Assembly (NCBI GenBank): GCA_013359225.1
Contig: JABWCG010000001.1
Coordinates: 70,410-134,409 of the forward strand
DNA from: Candidatus Buchananbacteria bacterium
GTDB taxonomy: Bacteria > Patescibacteriota > Patescibacteriia > Buchananbacterales > UBA6539
Direction: 5' to 3'
DNA: 64,000 nt
Part shown: positions 1-9,639 of the stretch, in pieces
How the letters are laid out: the number at the start of each line of letters is the position of its first letter
How positions within the stretch are numbered: position 1 is the first letter of the stretch
The notes under the pieces: generated by a model
Told to the model about the DNA's origin: nothing
What the model saw: only the letters and a program-made list of their open reading frames with translations
Database searches by the model: none
Made by a program: the position numbers and the translations under genes

Positions 1-2
1 TT

Positions 3-122
3 GCTGATGTATCCGGCAAGGTTGTTGCGAGCCATCCGCGTTCAGCGTCAAGCGGCGCTTCAGGGTTTAGCGGTGGGTTCAGCGGCGGCGGCTTTGGCGG
101 GGGAGGCGGCGGCAGTTGGTAA
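3..122 (+). CDS. C-terminal end of a gene starting upstream of the window (Gly/Ser-rich tail typical of DUF2207/TPM-type membrane proteins)
   Basis: Frame 3 reads ADVSGKVVASHPRSASSGASGFSGGFSGGGFGGGGGGSW followed by TAA at 120-122. Confidence 0.8.
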   Translation, partial: ADVSGKVVASHPRSASSGASGFSGGFSGGGFGGGGGGSW

Positions 123-126
123 ATAC

Positions 127-1245
127 ATGCATCAAAAAATAAAATCAAAATTTTTTAGGTTAGTTGTCATTAGCGGCTTAGCTTTATTTTTTTTCGCGCC
201 GGCTGCTTTTGCGGCAACACAAAAAATTATTTTCGATCAGCGAGAGTTAACTAATTCAGATTCAGCCTCAGCTTGGCAAATTTTTAATAATACTGATGAG
301 TCGCTATATCTGCGAGATGGCGGTTTGCTGCTTCATAGCGACGGTGACGCCTATTTAGTATATACCGGTCAGTTTAATTATCAGCAGTATGATCGGATGA
401 AACTGACTATCGCCGTCAATCAGCCGGTACGGTTGACGGTGATTCCTGACGTTTCCACGACCGGATTTAACACCTATGAGCTGCGTCGGTATATCCAGCC
501 GGCATCTCAACCGACAACCGTTGATCTGTCATTGCGGTTGCCATTTTTCAAAAATTCCATTAGTGATCTGGGAATTAATTTTTTCAGCGAGCAGCCGGCT
601 GAAATTATTATTTCGCAGATAATTTTAGAGAAGTCTGGCCCCGCGGAATTGTTTGCGGTTGCGGTTAAAGATTATCTCAGAGTTTTTGAATATTCGCCGT
701 TTACTGTTAATGTTTTTGCCGCGCCAAGAATTTTTGGTCACCCAGCCGCTGCTTATGTAATGCCGATTATTATTGTTTTAATTTTGTTGATGGTATTTAG
801 TAAACGTTGGCGACGCTTAGCAATGGTGCTAATTTTGGTTATCTGGATTATTACAGATGCTCGTATGACTTATGAATTTTTTAGCTATCATTTGGCTGAT
901 TACCGCAGTTATGTAGCGCCGGTGGTAGCCGAAAAGCGCCTTCGAACCTATGGTGATTTTTACCAATTTGCCGATTGGACTACCGCGCATATGCAGCCGG
1001 GGGCTATGATTAATTTCTATAAATCTGGTAGTGCTCATTTTCCGCGCCTGCTGCAGTACCTTACATACCCGTTGGTGATTAACGACGAAGGAACAGAGGC
1101 AAAAACGTATTTGGTGTATAATAGGAAAGATATTGTTTACGATGAATCGTCGCGATTGTTATACCTAAATGGCGTTGCGATTACCGGCGCGGGGCAGGTG
1201 ACTGATCGTTATAATACTTATTCATTTATCTTTCAAGAGGAATGA
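127..1245 (+). CDS. Hypothetical exported/membrane protein (signal peptide, extracellular domain, two TM helices)
   Basis: Likely start is ATG at 127 (MHQKIKSK), just after the upstream stop; AFA|A signal cleavage motif; ATGA overlap with next gene. Confidence 0.8.
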   Translation: MHQKIKSKFFRLVVISGLALFFFAPAAFAATQKIIFDQRELTNSDSASAWQIFNNTDESLYLRDGGLLLHSDGDAYLVYTGQFNYQQYDRMKLTIAVNQPVRLTVIPDVSTTGFNTYELRRYIQPASQPTTVDLSLRLPFFKNSISDLGINFFSEQPAEIIISQIILEKSGPAELFAVAVKDYLRVFEYSPFTVNVFAAPRIFGHPAAAYVMPIIIVLILLMVFSKRWRRLAMVLILVIWIITDARMTYEFFSYHLADYRSYVAPVVAEKRLRTYGDFYQFADWTTAHMQPGAMINFYKSGSAHFPRLLQYLTYPLVINDEGTEAKTYLVYNRKDIVYDESSRLLYLNGVAITGAGQVTDRYNTYSFIFQEE

Positions 1246-2633
1246 TTTTAATGTGGTTTAAAATAATCATGGCATTATTGTTGGTTTGGCCTCGTGGATA
1301 TTTGTTGATTTATCTGATTGACCGAACCAAGAGTTTTAGTTTCGGCTTTAAGTTTTTTGTCGGTTGGCTGCTTGGTCTGGCTGGATTTACTTTGGATATT
1401 TTCGCCGCCCTGGTGTTTGGCGGCCAAACGCTTAATTGGCCGGTGCTGCTATTGTCGGCAACTTCTCAAATTGTCGGCTTTGGTTTCATGATATTTTTAT
1501 TTGAGAAAAAAATTCCGTTGCCACATTTGGGTGCATTAAAGCCTTTCGTGCTTAATCAAATTAATATCATTAGATCTTTTTCTGGAATTGAGAAAACAGT
1601 TTTGTTGTTATTGGTTTTAACACTGTTATTAAGAGTTGGCGCAAGCGTCTGGCAGACTGCTTTGATTCCAACCTATGATTTTGATGCCTGGAATAACTGG
1701 AATTTGCGAGCTAAAGTCATTTATACCGAATCGGTTATCCCGCTTGATCCGGCTAACCCTTTTTATTTAGGCGGTGGTATTAAAAGTTATCCGTTAAATG
1801 ACGCGCTGTTAAAAGTTTGGTTGGCAAAGGCGGCTGGGAATTTTGACGAAGGGGTTATTAATTCGGTTAGCGTCATTTATTACTGCTTATTATTGGCAAT
1901 ATTTTATGTAGCGCTGGGTAGCGTCGTGCCTCGCTTGGTTCGATTGGTGGCAACTTATGCGCTCAGCGGCGTACCGCTGTTATATTTCCACTCTCAGGTC
2001 GCTTACGCCGACTTATATTATTCAATATTTTTATTTGTCAGCCTGCTGTCATTATTTTATTTTTTGTCCAACAATGGGTTGTCGTTTTTCTACTTGTCGG
2101 GCATTATGGCGGCTTTTGCAATCTGGACTAAAAATGAGGGTTTGACTATTTTGTTGCCGGTGCTCCTGCTTATTTCTATGGGTTTGTGGTTTTCCAAAAA
2201 GGTTAAAACTAAGGATTTCTTGCTGCATTGGTTTTTTGCGGCATTAACGATTTTTCCCTGGCTGGCCTTTAGGATAATAAACCGGCTTGATATTTTGAGT
2301 GGCGATTCTAGCAGTTTTAAGCTAGTTTATAATGGTCAATTTGTTACTGAAGTAATGTCCTCAATTTTTTTGCGCAGTCATTTTAATCTGCTGTTTGTAC
2401 TATTTTTCGTTTTAATGTTATTGAAAATAAAAGATGTTTATCGCGATCAAGCATTACGGTTTTTGTTTGCGGTCATTACAACATTATTTTTGATCTATAA
2501 CGGCATTATTATTTTTACTGATAAGGCATATGATTTGAGCGCGGCCACTCGCGTCAATTTACATTTGGTACCATTAATAGTTGCGGCGTTGGCATTCTAC
2601 TATCATAAGTTTTTTGGTAGAATAAAATTATGA
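1242..2633 (+). CDS. Multi-TM GT-C-type (ArnT/PMT/RgtA-like) glycosyltransferase
   Basis: Many TM segments; FDAWNNW loop, YP, YAD and TKNEG motifs. Confidence 0.7.
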   Translation: MILMWFKIIMALLLVWPRGYLLIYLIDRTKSFSFGFKFFVGWLLGLAGFTLDIFAALVFGGQTLNWPVLLLSATSQIVGFGFMIFLFEKKIPLPHLGALKPFVLNQINIIRSFSGIEKTVLLLLVLTLLLRVGASVWQTALIPTYDFDAWNNWNLRAKVIYTESVIPLDPANPFYLGGGIKSYPLNDALLKVWLAKAAGNFDEGVINSVSVIYYCLLLAIFYVALGSVVPRLVRLVATYALSGVPLLYFHSQVAYADLYYSIFLFVSLLSLFYFLSNNGLSFFYLSGIMAAFAIWTKNEGLTILLPVLLLISMGLWFSKKVKTKDFLLHWFFAALTIFPWLAFRIINRLDILSGDSSSFKLVYNGQFVTEVMSSIFLRSHFNLLFVLFFVLMLLKIKDVYRDQALRFLFAVITTLFLIYNGIIIFTDKAYDLSAATRVNLHLVPLIVAALAFYYHKFFGRIKL

Positions 2634-3982
2634 CATCAAGAAAATTACACAATCATAAGGCTTGGATTATTTCGGTTGATATGGGGTATGGACACCAGCG
2701 CGCCGCCGCGCCATTGCGACACTTGGCGCAAAACGGTAGAATTGTGACTTGCAATACCTATCCGGGCATTCCGACCAAAGATCGGCGAATCTGGCAGGAG
2801 AGCCGCAAGTTTTATGAATTTATTTCCCGGTTTAAACAGGTGCCGGTGCTAGGCAGTAAAGCCTGGCAAGTGTATGACAGCCTGCAAAAAATTCCTAATT
2901 TTTATCCCAAACGTGATCTTTCTAAAATGAGTTTTCAGGTCAAAAAAATTTATGACCTGATTGAAAATGAAAATTGGGGCAAGCATCTTATTGATCAGCT
3001 GGCTAAAAAACCGCTGCCGCTTGTAACAACTTTTTTTGTTCCGGCGTTTATGGCGGAAGCTTTTAATTATCCCGGTGATATTTATTGTTTGACGACTGAT
3101 ACTGACATTAATCGCGCCTGGGCGCCCAAACATCCGGCGTCAAGCCGCATCAATTATTTTGCTCCGAATTATCGCGTGGTAGAGCGCTTGAAGTTGTATG
3201 GAGTACGCTCAGAACAGATTTTTTTAACAGGATTTCCGCTGCCGCTGGAGAATATCGGTAACGATAAATTAGATGTCTTAAAGGCAGATTTGACAAAGCG
3301 ATTGGTTAATTTAGATCCAAAGAAAAATTATTACAATTTATATCATGAAGTTGTTAAAAAATATTTAGGTATCAAAAAATTGCCGGCTAAAAGCGGCCAT
3401 CGCTTAACGTTGATGTTTGCGGTTGGCGGCGCGGGAGCGCAGCGAGAAATCGGCGCCCAAATTATTACCAGTTTACGAAATGAGGTTATAACCAAAAAAA
3501 TCAGGCTGGTGTTGGTTGCCGGAATACATAACAATGTCAGTAACTTTTTTAAGGCGGCAGCAACAAAGTGTGGTTTAAAACATGAGATTGGCCAGGGCGT
3601 TGAGATTATTTATGACAATACTAAAGATGGCTATTTTCGAAAGTTTAACAAAGCGTTGCGAACGACTGATATTCTTTGGACTAAGCCGTCGGAGCTGAGT
3701 TTCTATGTCGGTTTGGGCGTTCCGATTATTATTGCGCCGCCGATTGGTTCCCAGGAAGATTTTAATCGCAAATGGCTTCGGACTATTGGCGCGGCCGTCA
3801 GCCAAGATGATCCGAAACATGCTAATCAGTGGGTGTTTGATTGGGTTGACAGCGGCTGGTTTGCCGAAGCGGCTATGCAGGGTTTTGTTGAGGCGCCAAA
3901 ATTTGGAACGTATAATATTGAACAAATTATTTTCCACCGTTCAGAAAAAGCCAAGAAGCCAAAGATGGTTTTACAGTATTAA
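2630..3982 (+). CDS. GT-B glycosyltransferase, MGDG synthase/UgtP-like (DUF6938-like)
   Basis: MGYGHQRAA N-terminal motif, TKPSEL, PIGSQEDFN. Confidence 0.65.
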   Translation: MTSRKLHNHKAWIISVDMGYGHQRAAAPLRHLAQNGRIVTCNTYPGIPTKDRRIWQESRKFYEFISRFKQVPVLGSKAWQVYDSLQKIPNFYPKRDLSKMSFQVKKIYDLIENENWGKHLIDQLAKKPLPLVTTFFVPAFMAEAFNYPGDIYCLTTDTDINRAWAPKHPASSRINYFAPNYRVVERLKLYGVRSEQIFLTGFPLPLENIGNDKLDVLKADLTKRLVNLDPKKNYYNLYHEVVKKYLGIKKLPAKSGHRLTLMFAVGGAGAQREIGAQIITSLRNEVITKKIRLVLVAGIHNNVSNFFKAAATKCGLKHEIGQGVEIIYDNTKDGYFRKFNKALRTTDILWTKPSELSFYVGLGVPIIIAPPIGSQEDFNRKWLRTIGAAVSQDDPKHANQWVFDWVDSGWFAEAAMQGFVEAPKFGTYNIEQIIFHRSEKAKKPKMVLQY

Positions 3983-4008
3983 TGGTGATGAATATTTTAG
4001 GGGCGCGC

Positions 4009-4036
4009 GCAGTTTAGAAAAGTAAAACTGCTTTTT
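4009..4036 (+). terminator. Intrinsic terminator candidate
   Basis: GCAGTTT...AAACTGC stem followed by TTTTT. Confidence 0.5.
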
Positions 4037-4043
4037 ATTATCT

Positions 4044-4072
4044 TTGACACTATTGTAAATGTGTGGTATTAG
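4044..4072 (+). promoter_or_regulatory. Sigma70-type promoter candidate for the suf operon
   Basis: TTGACA-N17-TATTAG with TG extension; the -10 is imperfect. Confidence 0.45.
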
Positions 4073-4106
4073 TACTTAGTTGGAATTATTAATTTTTGTA
4101 TATCAG

Positions 4107-4856
4107 ATGGCAACTGTTGTGAAAAAAAATTTAGTAATAAAAAGGTTACGTGCCGGGGTTGATGGGAAAGAAATTTTGCATCAGCTTGATTTGGTTATTA
4201 AACCGGGCAAAGTTGTTGCATTAATGGGCCCTAATGGTTCTGGCAAATCTACATTGGCGCAGGTGTTAATGGGTAATGGTGATTATCAAGTGTTGGGTGG
4301 GCAAGTGTTGTGGCAGGGTAAAAACATATTAAAACTTAAGCCTGACGAGCGTGCCAAGTTGGGGCTATTTATGTCATTTCAGTACCCCTATGAGCTTTCA
4401 GGCATTAATATGTATGAATTTTTATCAACTTCTTTTGCGGCAATTCATGGAGAAAAAAAACATCGCGTGGAATTTGAAAACAGGCTGTACCAATCGCTAA
4501 AAATTTTGCAGTTGTCTGAAACCTATTTGAATCGCTCAGTCAACGAGGGGTTTAGCGGCGGCGAAAAAAAGAAATCAGAAATTTTGCAGCTGTTACTCTT
4601 GAATCCCAAGATTGCCATTTTAGACGAAACTGATTCCGGCCTGGACATTGATGCTTTGAAGCTGATTGCTAAAAGTATCAATGGCTTGCGCTCGGCAACA
4701 AAGGGTTTTTTAGTCATTACTCATTATCAGCGTTTACTTAATTATCTTAAGCCTGACGAAGTGTGGGTGATGTTAGGCGGTAAAATTGTCAAACAGGGAC
4801 CAGTAAATTTGGTCAAGGTTCTGGAAAAAAAAGGGTATGACTGGCTTAAGTCATAA
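4107..4856 (+). CDS. sufC: Fe-S cluster assembly ATPase SufC
   Basis: GPNGSGKS Walker [33 protein letters not shown]; ATG at 4107 preferred to TTG at 4080. Confidence 0.95.
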   Translation: MATVVKKNLVIKRLRAGVDGKEILHQLDLVIKPGKVVALMGPNGSGKSTLAQVLMGNGDYQVLGGQVLWQGKNILKLKPDERAKLGLFMSFQYPYELSGINMYEFLSTSFAAIHGEKKHRVEFENRLYQSLKILQLSETYLNRSVNEGFSGGEKKKSEILQLLLLNPKIAILDETDSGLDIDALKLIAKSINGLRSATKGFLVITHYQRLLNYLKPDEVWVMLGGKIVKQGPVNLVKVLEKKGYDWLKS

Positions 4857-4858
4857 AT

Positions 4859-6256
4859 ATGCCATCTAAGACGGTTAATATTAATCAAACTAAATATACT
4901 TTTCGGGATCGCCAGCAATATATTTTTAAGACACCCAAGGGTTTGACGCCGGAAGTGGTGAGAGAAATCTCACGCCAGCATTCCGAGCCGCCTTGGTTAT
5001 TGGATTTGCGATTGCGGGCGCTAGAGATTTTTTTGCAAAAGCCGATGCCGACTTGGGGGCTTGATTTGTCACAGATAAATTTTGACGAGATTACCTACTA
5101 TATCAGACCGTCGGAAAAACAATCAAACACCTGGAAAGAAGTTCCTAAGTATATCAAGACGACTTTTGACCGGCTCGGCGTGCCGCAAGCGGAACGAAAA
5201 TTTTTGGCCGGTGTCGGCGCTCAATACGAATCGGAAATTATTTATCATAACTTAAAAAAACAGTGGGCCGATTTGGGCGTGGTATTTTGTGATATGTCTG
5301 AAGCTGCTAATCTGTATCCCGATTTGGTCAAAAAACATTTTGGCACGGTCGTGCCGGCCGATGACAATAAATTTGCGGCGTTAAACACTGCCACGTGGTC
5401 GGGCGGGTCGTTTATTTATGTGCCCAAGGGTGTTGAAGTTGATTTGCCATTACAGGCTTATTTTCGGATTAATGCGCCGTCAATGGGGCAGTTTGAACGG
5501 ACATTAATTATTGTTGACGAGGGCGCCAGTGTTCACTACATTGAGGGCTGTACCGCGCCAATGTATTCTAAAGATTCTTTGCATGCGGCCGTGGTGGAAA
5601 TGGTGGCGCTGCCAAATGCGCGCGTTCGCTATACTACTATCCAAAATTGGTCGACTAATGTGTATAACCTGGTTACGAAGCGCGCTGTGGCGTATGAGAA
5701 TGCGCTGGTAGAATGGGTGGACGGTAATCTTGGTTCAAAAATGACGATGAAATATCCGGCCGTGTACCTTCGGGGACGACGAGCGAAGGCGGATATTTTA
5801 TCAATTGCGTTTGCCGGCAAGGGTCAGCAACAGGATGCCGGGGGGAAAGTCTTTCATTTTGCATCGGATACTTCGTCTAAGATCGTATCTAAATCAATTT
5901 CTAAAGACGGTGGACGGGCGGCGTATCGTGGCTTAGTTTACGTTGATAAAAATGCTGATCATTGTAAAGTCAAAGTGAATTGTGACGCCTTGATTTTAGA
6001 TGAAAAATCTAGATCCGACACTTATCCGACGATGAAGATTAGAAATAAAAAAGTAAGCATTGAACACGAAGCAACCGTATCTAAAATAAACGAAGGTCAA
6101 TTGTTTTATTTAATGTCTCGCGGTTTGACGCGCCAGGAAGCTGAGCGCATGGTTGTGGCCGGCTTTTTGGAAATTTTTGCTAAAGAGTTGCCACTTGAAT
6201 ATGCGGTTGAATTAAATCGTCTCATTGAAATGGAGATGGAGGGAAGCGTCGGATAG
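4859..6256 (+). CDS. sufB: Fe-S cluster assembly protein SufB
   Basis: [35 protein letters not shown]; no intein. Confidence 0.97.
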   Translation: MPSKTVNINQTKYTFRDRQQYIFKTPKGLTPEVVREISRQHSEPPWLLDLRLRALEIFLQKPMPTWGLDLSQINFDEITYYIRPSEKQSNTWKEVPKYIKTTFDRLGVPQAERKFLAGVGAQYESEIIYHNLKKQWADLGVVFCDMSEAANLYPDLVKKHFGTVVPADDNKFAALNTATWSGGSFIYVPKGVEVDLPLQAYFRINAPSMGQFERTLIIVDEGASVHYIEGCTAPMYSKDSLHAAVVEMVALPNARVRYTTIQNWSTNVYNLVTKRAVAYENALVEWVDGNLGSKMTMKYPAVYLRGRRAKADILSIAFAGKGQQQDAGGKVFHFASDTSSKIVSKSISKDGGRAAYRGLVYVDKNADHCKVKVNCDALILDEKSRSDTYPTMKIRNKKVSIEHEATVSKINEGQLFYLMSRGLTRQEAERMVVAGFLEIFAKELPLEYAVELNRLIEMEMEGSVG

Positions 6257-6257
6257 T

Positions 6258-7121
6258 ATGAGAAAGCCATCAGTTCAGCAATTAATTAAAAAACAAACCG
6301 GTCTTATGCCAGGTGCCGATCAAATTTTTGAAATTAAGGCCAAACCGGGAGCAGTTGTTTATTTAGCTAGTTTAAATTTAGATTTTAATAAGGAAATTTT
6401 TTTAGCGGTCAGTAATAAGAATATTACCATTATTGACGATCACGGCCTTGTAACTAAAAAAAGCCGAGCGTTGCGACTTAATATTTTGACTGGTTTTGAC
6501 AGCAACGTTGATTATGTTATCACTAGTCCGGGGGTTGATTCGTATCAGGCGTTTTATCAGTTTTATCCGGGCGAAGACGCCAGTTTGAATTGCTATGCCT
6601 TAGGTAAATTTCAGGACGAAAATTATCATTTGACTTTGGCGATCAATCAGCATTCATCCGGCAGTATTGGTAATATTATTTGTGCTTTTGATTTTAAAAA
6701 TCAGTCGCGAACAAGCGTTAGTTTAATTAATAATCATCAGGGCCGCGACACGGTTGGTGATATCAAATTTAGAGGGCTTGGTCGTGATGCGGCCAAGGCG
6801 TTGATTGAAGGAATGATCAGTATTGGTAAAAAGGGGAGTAACACTAATTCTTATCTGCAGCAGGATGTGTTGTTGGTTTCGCCGACAGCAAGCATTGATG
6901 CTAAGCCGAATTTAGAAATTTTAAATAATGAAGTCAAAGCTTCGCATGGTGCAACGTTAGCTAGCTTTGATCCGTCGGTGTTGTTTTATCTGGAAAGCCG
7001 CGGACTGGATGAGCGCCAAGCCCAGCAGTTGATTATTAATGGTTTTTTTAATTCGTTGATTGCCAAAGTTGATAACAAAATTATCATTAAACAGTTTAAA
7101 GAATTTTGGCCAACAGTATGA
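6258..7121 (+). CDS. sufD: Fe-S cluster assembly protein SufD (short form)
   Basis: PNLEILNNEVKASHGAT and LFYLESRG motifs; position in operon; ATG at 6258. Confidence 0.88.
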   Translation: MRKPSVQQLIKKQTGLMPGADQIFEIKAKPGAVVYLASLNLDFNKEIFLAVSNKNITIIDDHGLVTKKSRALRLNILTGFDSNVDYVITSPGVDSYQAFYQFYPGEDASLNCYALGKFQDENYHLTLAINQHSSGSIGNIICAFDFKNQSRTSVSLINNHQGRDTVGDIKFRGLGRDAAKALIEGMISIGKKGSNTNSYLQQDVLLVSPTASIDAKPNLEILNNEVKASHGATLASFDPSVLFYLESRGLDERQAQQLIINGFFNSLIAKVDNKIIIKQFKEFWPTV

Positions 7122-8344
7122 GTAGTATGTCTATAAAAAATATTAAAAAGGATTTTACCATTTTTGCTAAACATAAAAATTTGGTTTATTTAGATTCGGC
7201 TTCAACCAGCCAAAAACCGTTAGTGGTGATTGAAGCTGAAAGCGAGTGGTACAAAAATTATCATGCCAATATTAACCGCGGCGCCTATCGGCTGAGCGAA
7301 GCGGCGACGGGACTATACGAAATGACAAGGTCTCGCGTGGCGAGGTTTATTAATGCAGAGGCGCCAAATACAGTTGTTTTTACCAAAGGTGCCACAGAAG
7401 GGATTAACTTAGTCGCTTGGGCGTGGGCCAGACACAATTTACAAAAAGGAGATGTGATTTTACTTACGGAAATGGAACACCATGCCAATATAGTGCCCTG
7501 GCAAATGTTGGCTCAGGAGCACGGATTGGAATTAAGATTTTGGCCGATCACCGCAACAGGCGAATTGGCAATTAGTGATCTAGCTTCATTGTTTAAAGGG
7601 GTAAAGTTGTTGGCATTAACCCATGCTTCAAATGTTTTAGGAACCGTTAACCCGGTTGAAAAAATTGTTAAGTTAGCCAGTCAACAGGGGATTAAAGTTT
7701 TAGTTGATTCGGCGCAGGCGGCAGGTCACTTCAAAATTGACGTTAAAAAAATTAATCCGGACTTTTTGGTTTTTTCGGCCCATAAGATGTTTGGGCCAAC
7801 TGGTGTCGGCGTGCTGTATATCAAACCAGATCGACACAGTGAATTTGTGCCATACCAAACCGGCGGAGATATGGTGCGGGAAGTAACCAAAACCAAAACA
7901 ACCTTTGAAAAAATTCCGACAATGCTTGAGGCCGGTACCCAGGCCCTGGCCCAGGTTTTTAGTTTTGGTAAAGCTATTGAATATTTGCAGAAAATTAACA
8001 TTGAAGTTGTCGCCAAATATAATCAGGAGCTTATTAACCATGCCTGGCAAGAATTATCTAAAATTAAGGCAGTGACAATCTATGGCCCGAAGGATCGGAT
8101 TAGTTTGATTAGTTTTACCGTGAAAGATATTCATCCGCACGATTTAGCAACTCTGTTGGATCGCCATGGTATTGCTGTTCGGGCCGGACATCATTGCGCG
8201 ATGCCGCTTCATCAGGCGTTGGGGGTTAACGCGACTGTCAGAATTAGTTTGCAAATTTATAACGATAAAAAAGATATTGATTTGTTTATCAAAGCGCTTA
8301 AAGAAATTATTTTACAATGGTCTACCCATATCGCCAAAAAATAA
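7118..8344 (+). CDS. sufS: Cysteine desulfurase SufS
   Basis: YLDSASTSQKP, EHHANIVPW, SAHKMFGPTG (PLP Lys), RAGHHCA; ATGA overlap with sufD. Confidence 0.96.
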   Translation: MSSMSIKNIKKDFTIFAKHKNLVYLDSASTSQKPLVVIEAESEWYKNYHANINRGAYRLSEAATGLYEMTRSRVARFINAEAPNTVVFTKGATEGINLVAWAWARHNLQKGDVILLTEMEHHANIVPWQMLAQEHGLELRFWPITATGELAISDLASLFKGVKLLALTHASNVLGTVNPVEKIVKLASQQGIKVLVDSAQAAGHFKIDVKKINPDFLVFSAHKMFGPTGVGVLYIKPDRHSEFVPYQTGGDMVREVTKTKTTFEKIPTMLEAGTQALAQVFSFGKAIEYLQKINIEVVAKYNQELINHAWQELSKIKAVTIYGPKDRISLISFTVKDIHPHDLATLLDRHGIAVRAGHHCAMPLHQALGVNATVRISLQIYNDKKDIDLFIKALKEIILQWSTHIAKK

Positions 8345-8679
8345 TGGAGTTGTATCGCCGACCGCTCAATTACGGCACGGTGGCAAAGCCAACTAAAAAA
8401 TTTAAAGGCGCAAATCCCTTTTGTGGTGACGCATTAGAAATTTTTGTTGTGCTTGACCAGGATCAAAAAATCAAAACGGTAAAATGGCAAGGTCAGGGTT
8501 GTGTGATCTCACAAGTGGCTGCCTCCGTTTTGACGGAAATGATTAAGGGTAAGACTTTGGCGGCAGCGCAAAAAATTGAGTCGCAAGTGTTGATTGATCA
8601 CCTGGATTTGGAATTGTCGCCGACCAGACGTAAATGTGCTTTGTTGCCGTTATACACCATTAAGGAAATCCAAGATTGA
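8317..8679 (+). CDS. sufU: SufU/NifU-family sulfur-transfer/scaffold protein
   Basis: NPFCGD, GCVISQ, RRKCALLP. Confidence 0.9.
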   Translation: MVYPYRQKIMELYRRPLNYGTVAKPTKKFKGANPFCGDALEIFVVLDQDQKIKTVKWQGQGCVISQVAASVLTEMIKGKTLAAAQKIESQVLIDHLDLELSPTRRKCALLPLYTIKEIQD

Positions 8680-8684
8680 TAAAT

Positions 8685-8716
8685 AAAAACGCCCCTGAAA
8701 TATCAGAGGCGTTTTT
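8685..8716. terminator. Bidirectional intrinsic terminator between sufU and tRNA-Pro
   Basis: AAAAACGCCCCTGA...TCAGAGGCGTTTTT. Confidence 0.75.
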
Positions 8717-8792
8717 GGTCGGGCTGGCGGGACTTGAACCCGCGACCTCAGCGTCCCGAACGCTGCGCGCTAGCCAACTGCGCTACAGCCCG
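8716..8792 (-). tRNA. tRNA-Pro(CGG)
   Basis: Reverse complement CGGGCTGTAGCGCAGTTGGCTAGCGCGCAGCGTTCGGGACGCTGAGGTCGCGGGTTCAAGTCCCGCCAGCCCGACCA folds as a cloverleaf with anticodon CGG, GTTCAA T-loop and encoded CCA. Confidence 0.97.
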
Positions 8793-8841
8793 TAGGTATA
8801 TTTTAGTCTAGTAAGTTTATCAAATAAAATCAAATTTTTTT

Positions 8842-8886
8842 AAAAAAGAATTCGGCCGCCGTCATCCAAGTGGAATCGGGCGGCCG
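8842..8886 (-). terminator. Terminator of the orphan membrane gene
   Basis: CGGCCGCC/GGCGGCCG stem, then a T-tract on the minus strand. Confidence 0.6.
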
Positions 8887-8908
8887 TGGTGGTAGTGGGG
8901 TGGTGGGT

Positions 8909-9376
8909 TTATCGGATTTCGTAGTTACGTACCACGATGACGTTGCTTTTTCTGAAGCTGATCCGGTTGATGACCCAACCGGTCAGGATCAGAGAAAAGC
9001 AGGTTCCGTACCAGTACACCACTTGTCGCATCGTGGCTTCGTCGGTCATCTCCCAGAGAAGACCAAAGAATCCAAGCATGCAAAGCGGCATACCCCACTC
9101 GTGTTTTGGGTGATCCATCTGCCACCCGACCCAGGCTGCGATTTTTCGCAAAAACCCGACGGTCAGGTAGGCGATGGGGAGGAGGAATCCACCGAGCAGA
9201 TTGATCTGGCAGATCAGCTGAGCAGTGGGGTTGTCGGTGGAAATCGTGACACCGGCGGTGATGATGGAGGTGGCGAGTAGCGCCAAACAAATCTGGGGAA
9301 CCCAGAAGAGTTTGGAATACCATCCCCAAAAAGCAGCCAGCGCCACGTCAATCCCGTGACCAATCCGTTGGAACAT
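8909..9376 (-). CDS. Orphan membrane protein (about 4 TM helices)
   Basis: AAGGAG SD before the ATG; own promoter and terminator; hydrophobic helices. Confidence 0.75.
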   Translation of the reverse strand: MFQRIGHGIDVALAAFWGWYSKLFWVPQICLALLATSIITAGVTISTDNPTAQLICQINLLGGFLLPIAYLTVGFLRKIAAWVGWQMDHPKHEWGMPLCMLGFFGLLWEMTDEATMRQVVYWYGTCFSLILTGWVINRISFRKSNVIVVRNYEIR

Positions 9377-9451
9377 TGCAATTCTCCTTCGCGTTGAGCC
9401 GTTGAAAACGGCGTTGATTGTACACCCAATTTGACTTTAAGGAACTTATTT

Positions 9452-9480
9452 AGTATAGCATATTTTATATATTTTGTCAA
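9452..9480 (-). promoter_or_regulatory. Sigma70 promoter of the orphan gene
   Basis: TTGACA-N17-TATACT with extended TG on the minus strand. Confidence 0.7.
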
Positions 9481-9492
9481 TATTTAGCGCTT

Positions 9493-9522
9493 TTGACCTA
9501 AATAGGATTTAAGAGGTAGAAT
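9493..9522 (+). promoter_or_regulatory. Sigma70 promoter candidate for rarA
   Basis: TTGACC-N18-TAGAAT. Confidence 0.55.
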
Positions 9523-9639
9523 AAAGTAGCCTTTATTTTGCAAAAAAAGCCTATTTTTAGCGAGAAAAAAGCGTTTAAAGGCTTAGTTGTACCAGATTAT
9601 AAAATCAACTTAAAAAGCTCAAAAATTACTTAATTCAAA

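Noticed and set aside
1-126. Ala/Gly-rich N-terminal extension of ORF 1..1245
   Set aside because: It is the shadow frame of the upstream gene's Gly-rich tail (frame 3, stop at 120-122); the likely start is ATG at 127
4859-6256. Intein or intron in sufB
   Set aside because: Length (465 aa) and motifs are continuous, with no insertion
8870-9329. Alternative ORFs 8870..9280 (+) and 8925..9329 (-)
   Set aside because: They overlap the 155-aa ORF that has the promoter, SD and terminator; they are probably by-products of high GC
8716-9480. Integrated prophage or island at tRNA-Pro
   Set aside because: No integrase and no duplicated tRNA 3' end seen in the window
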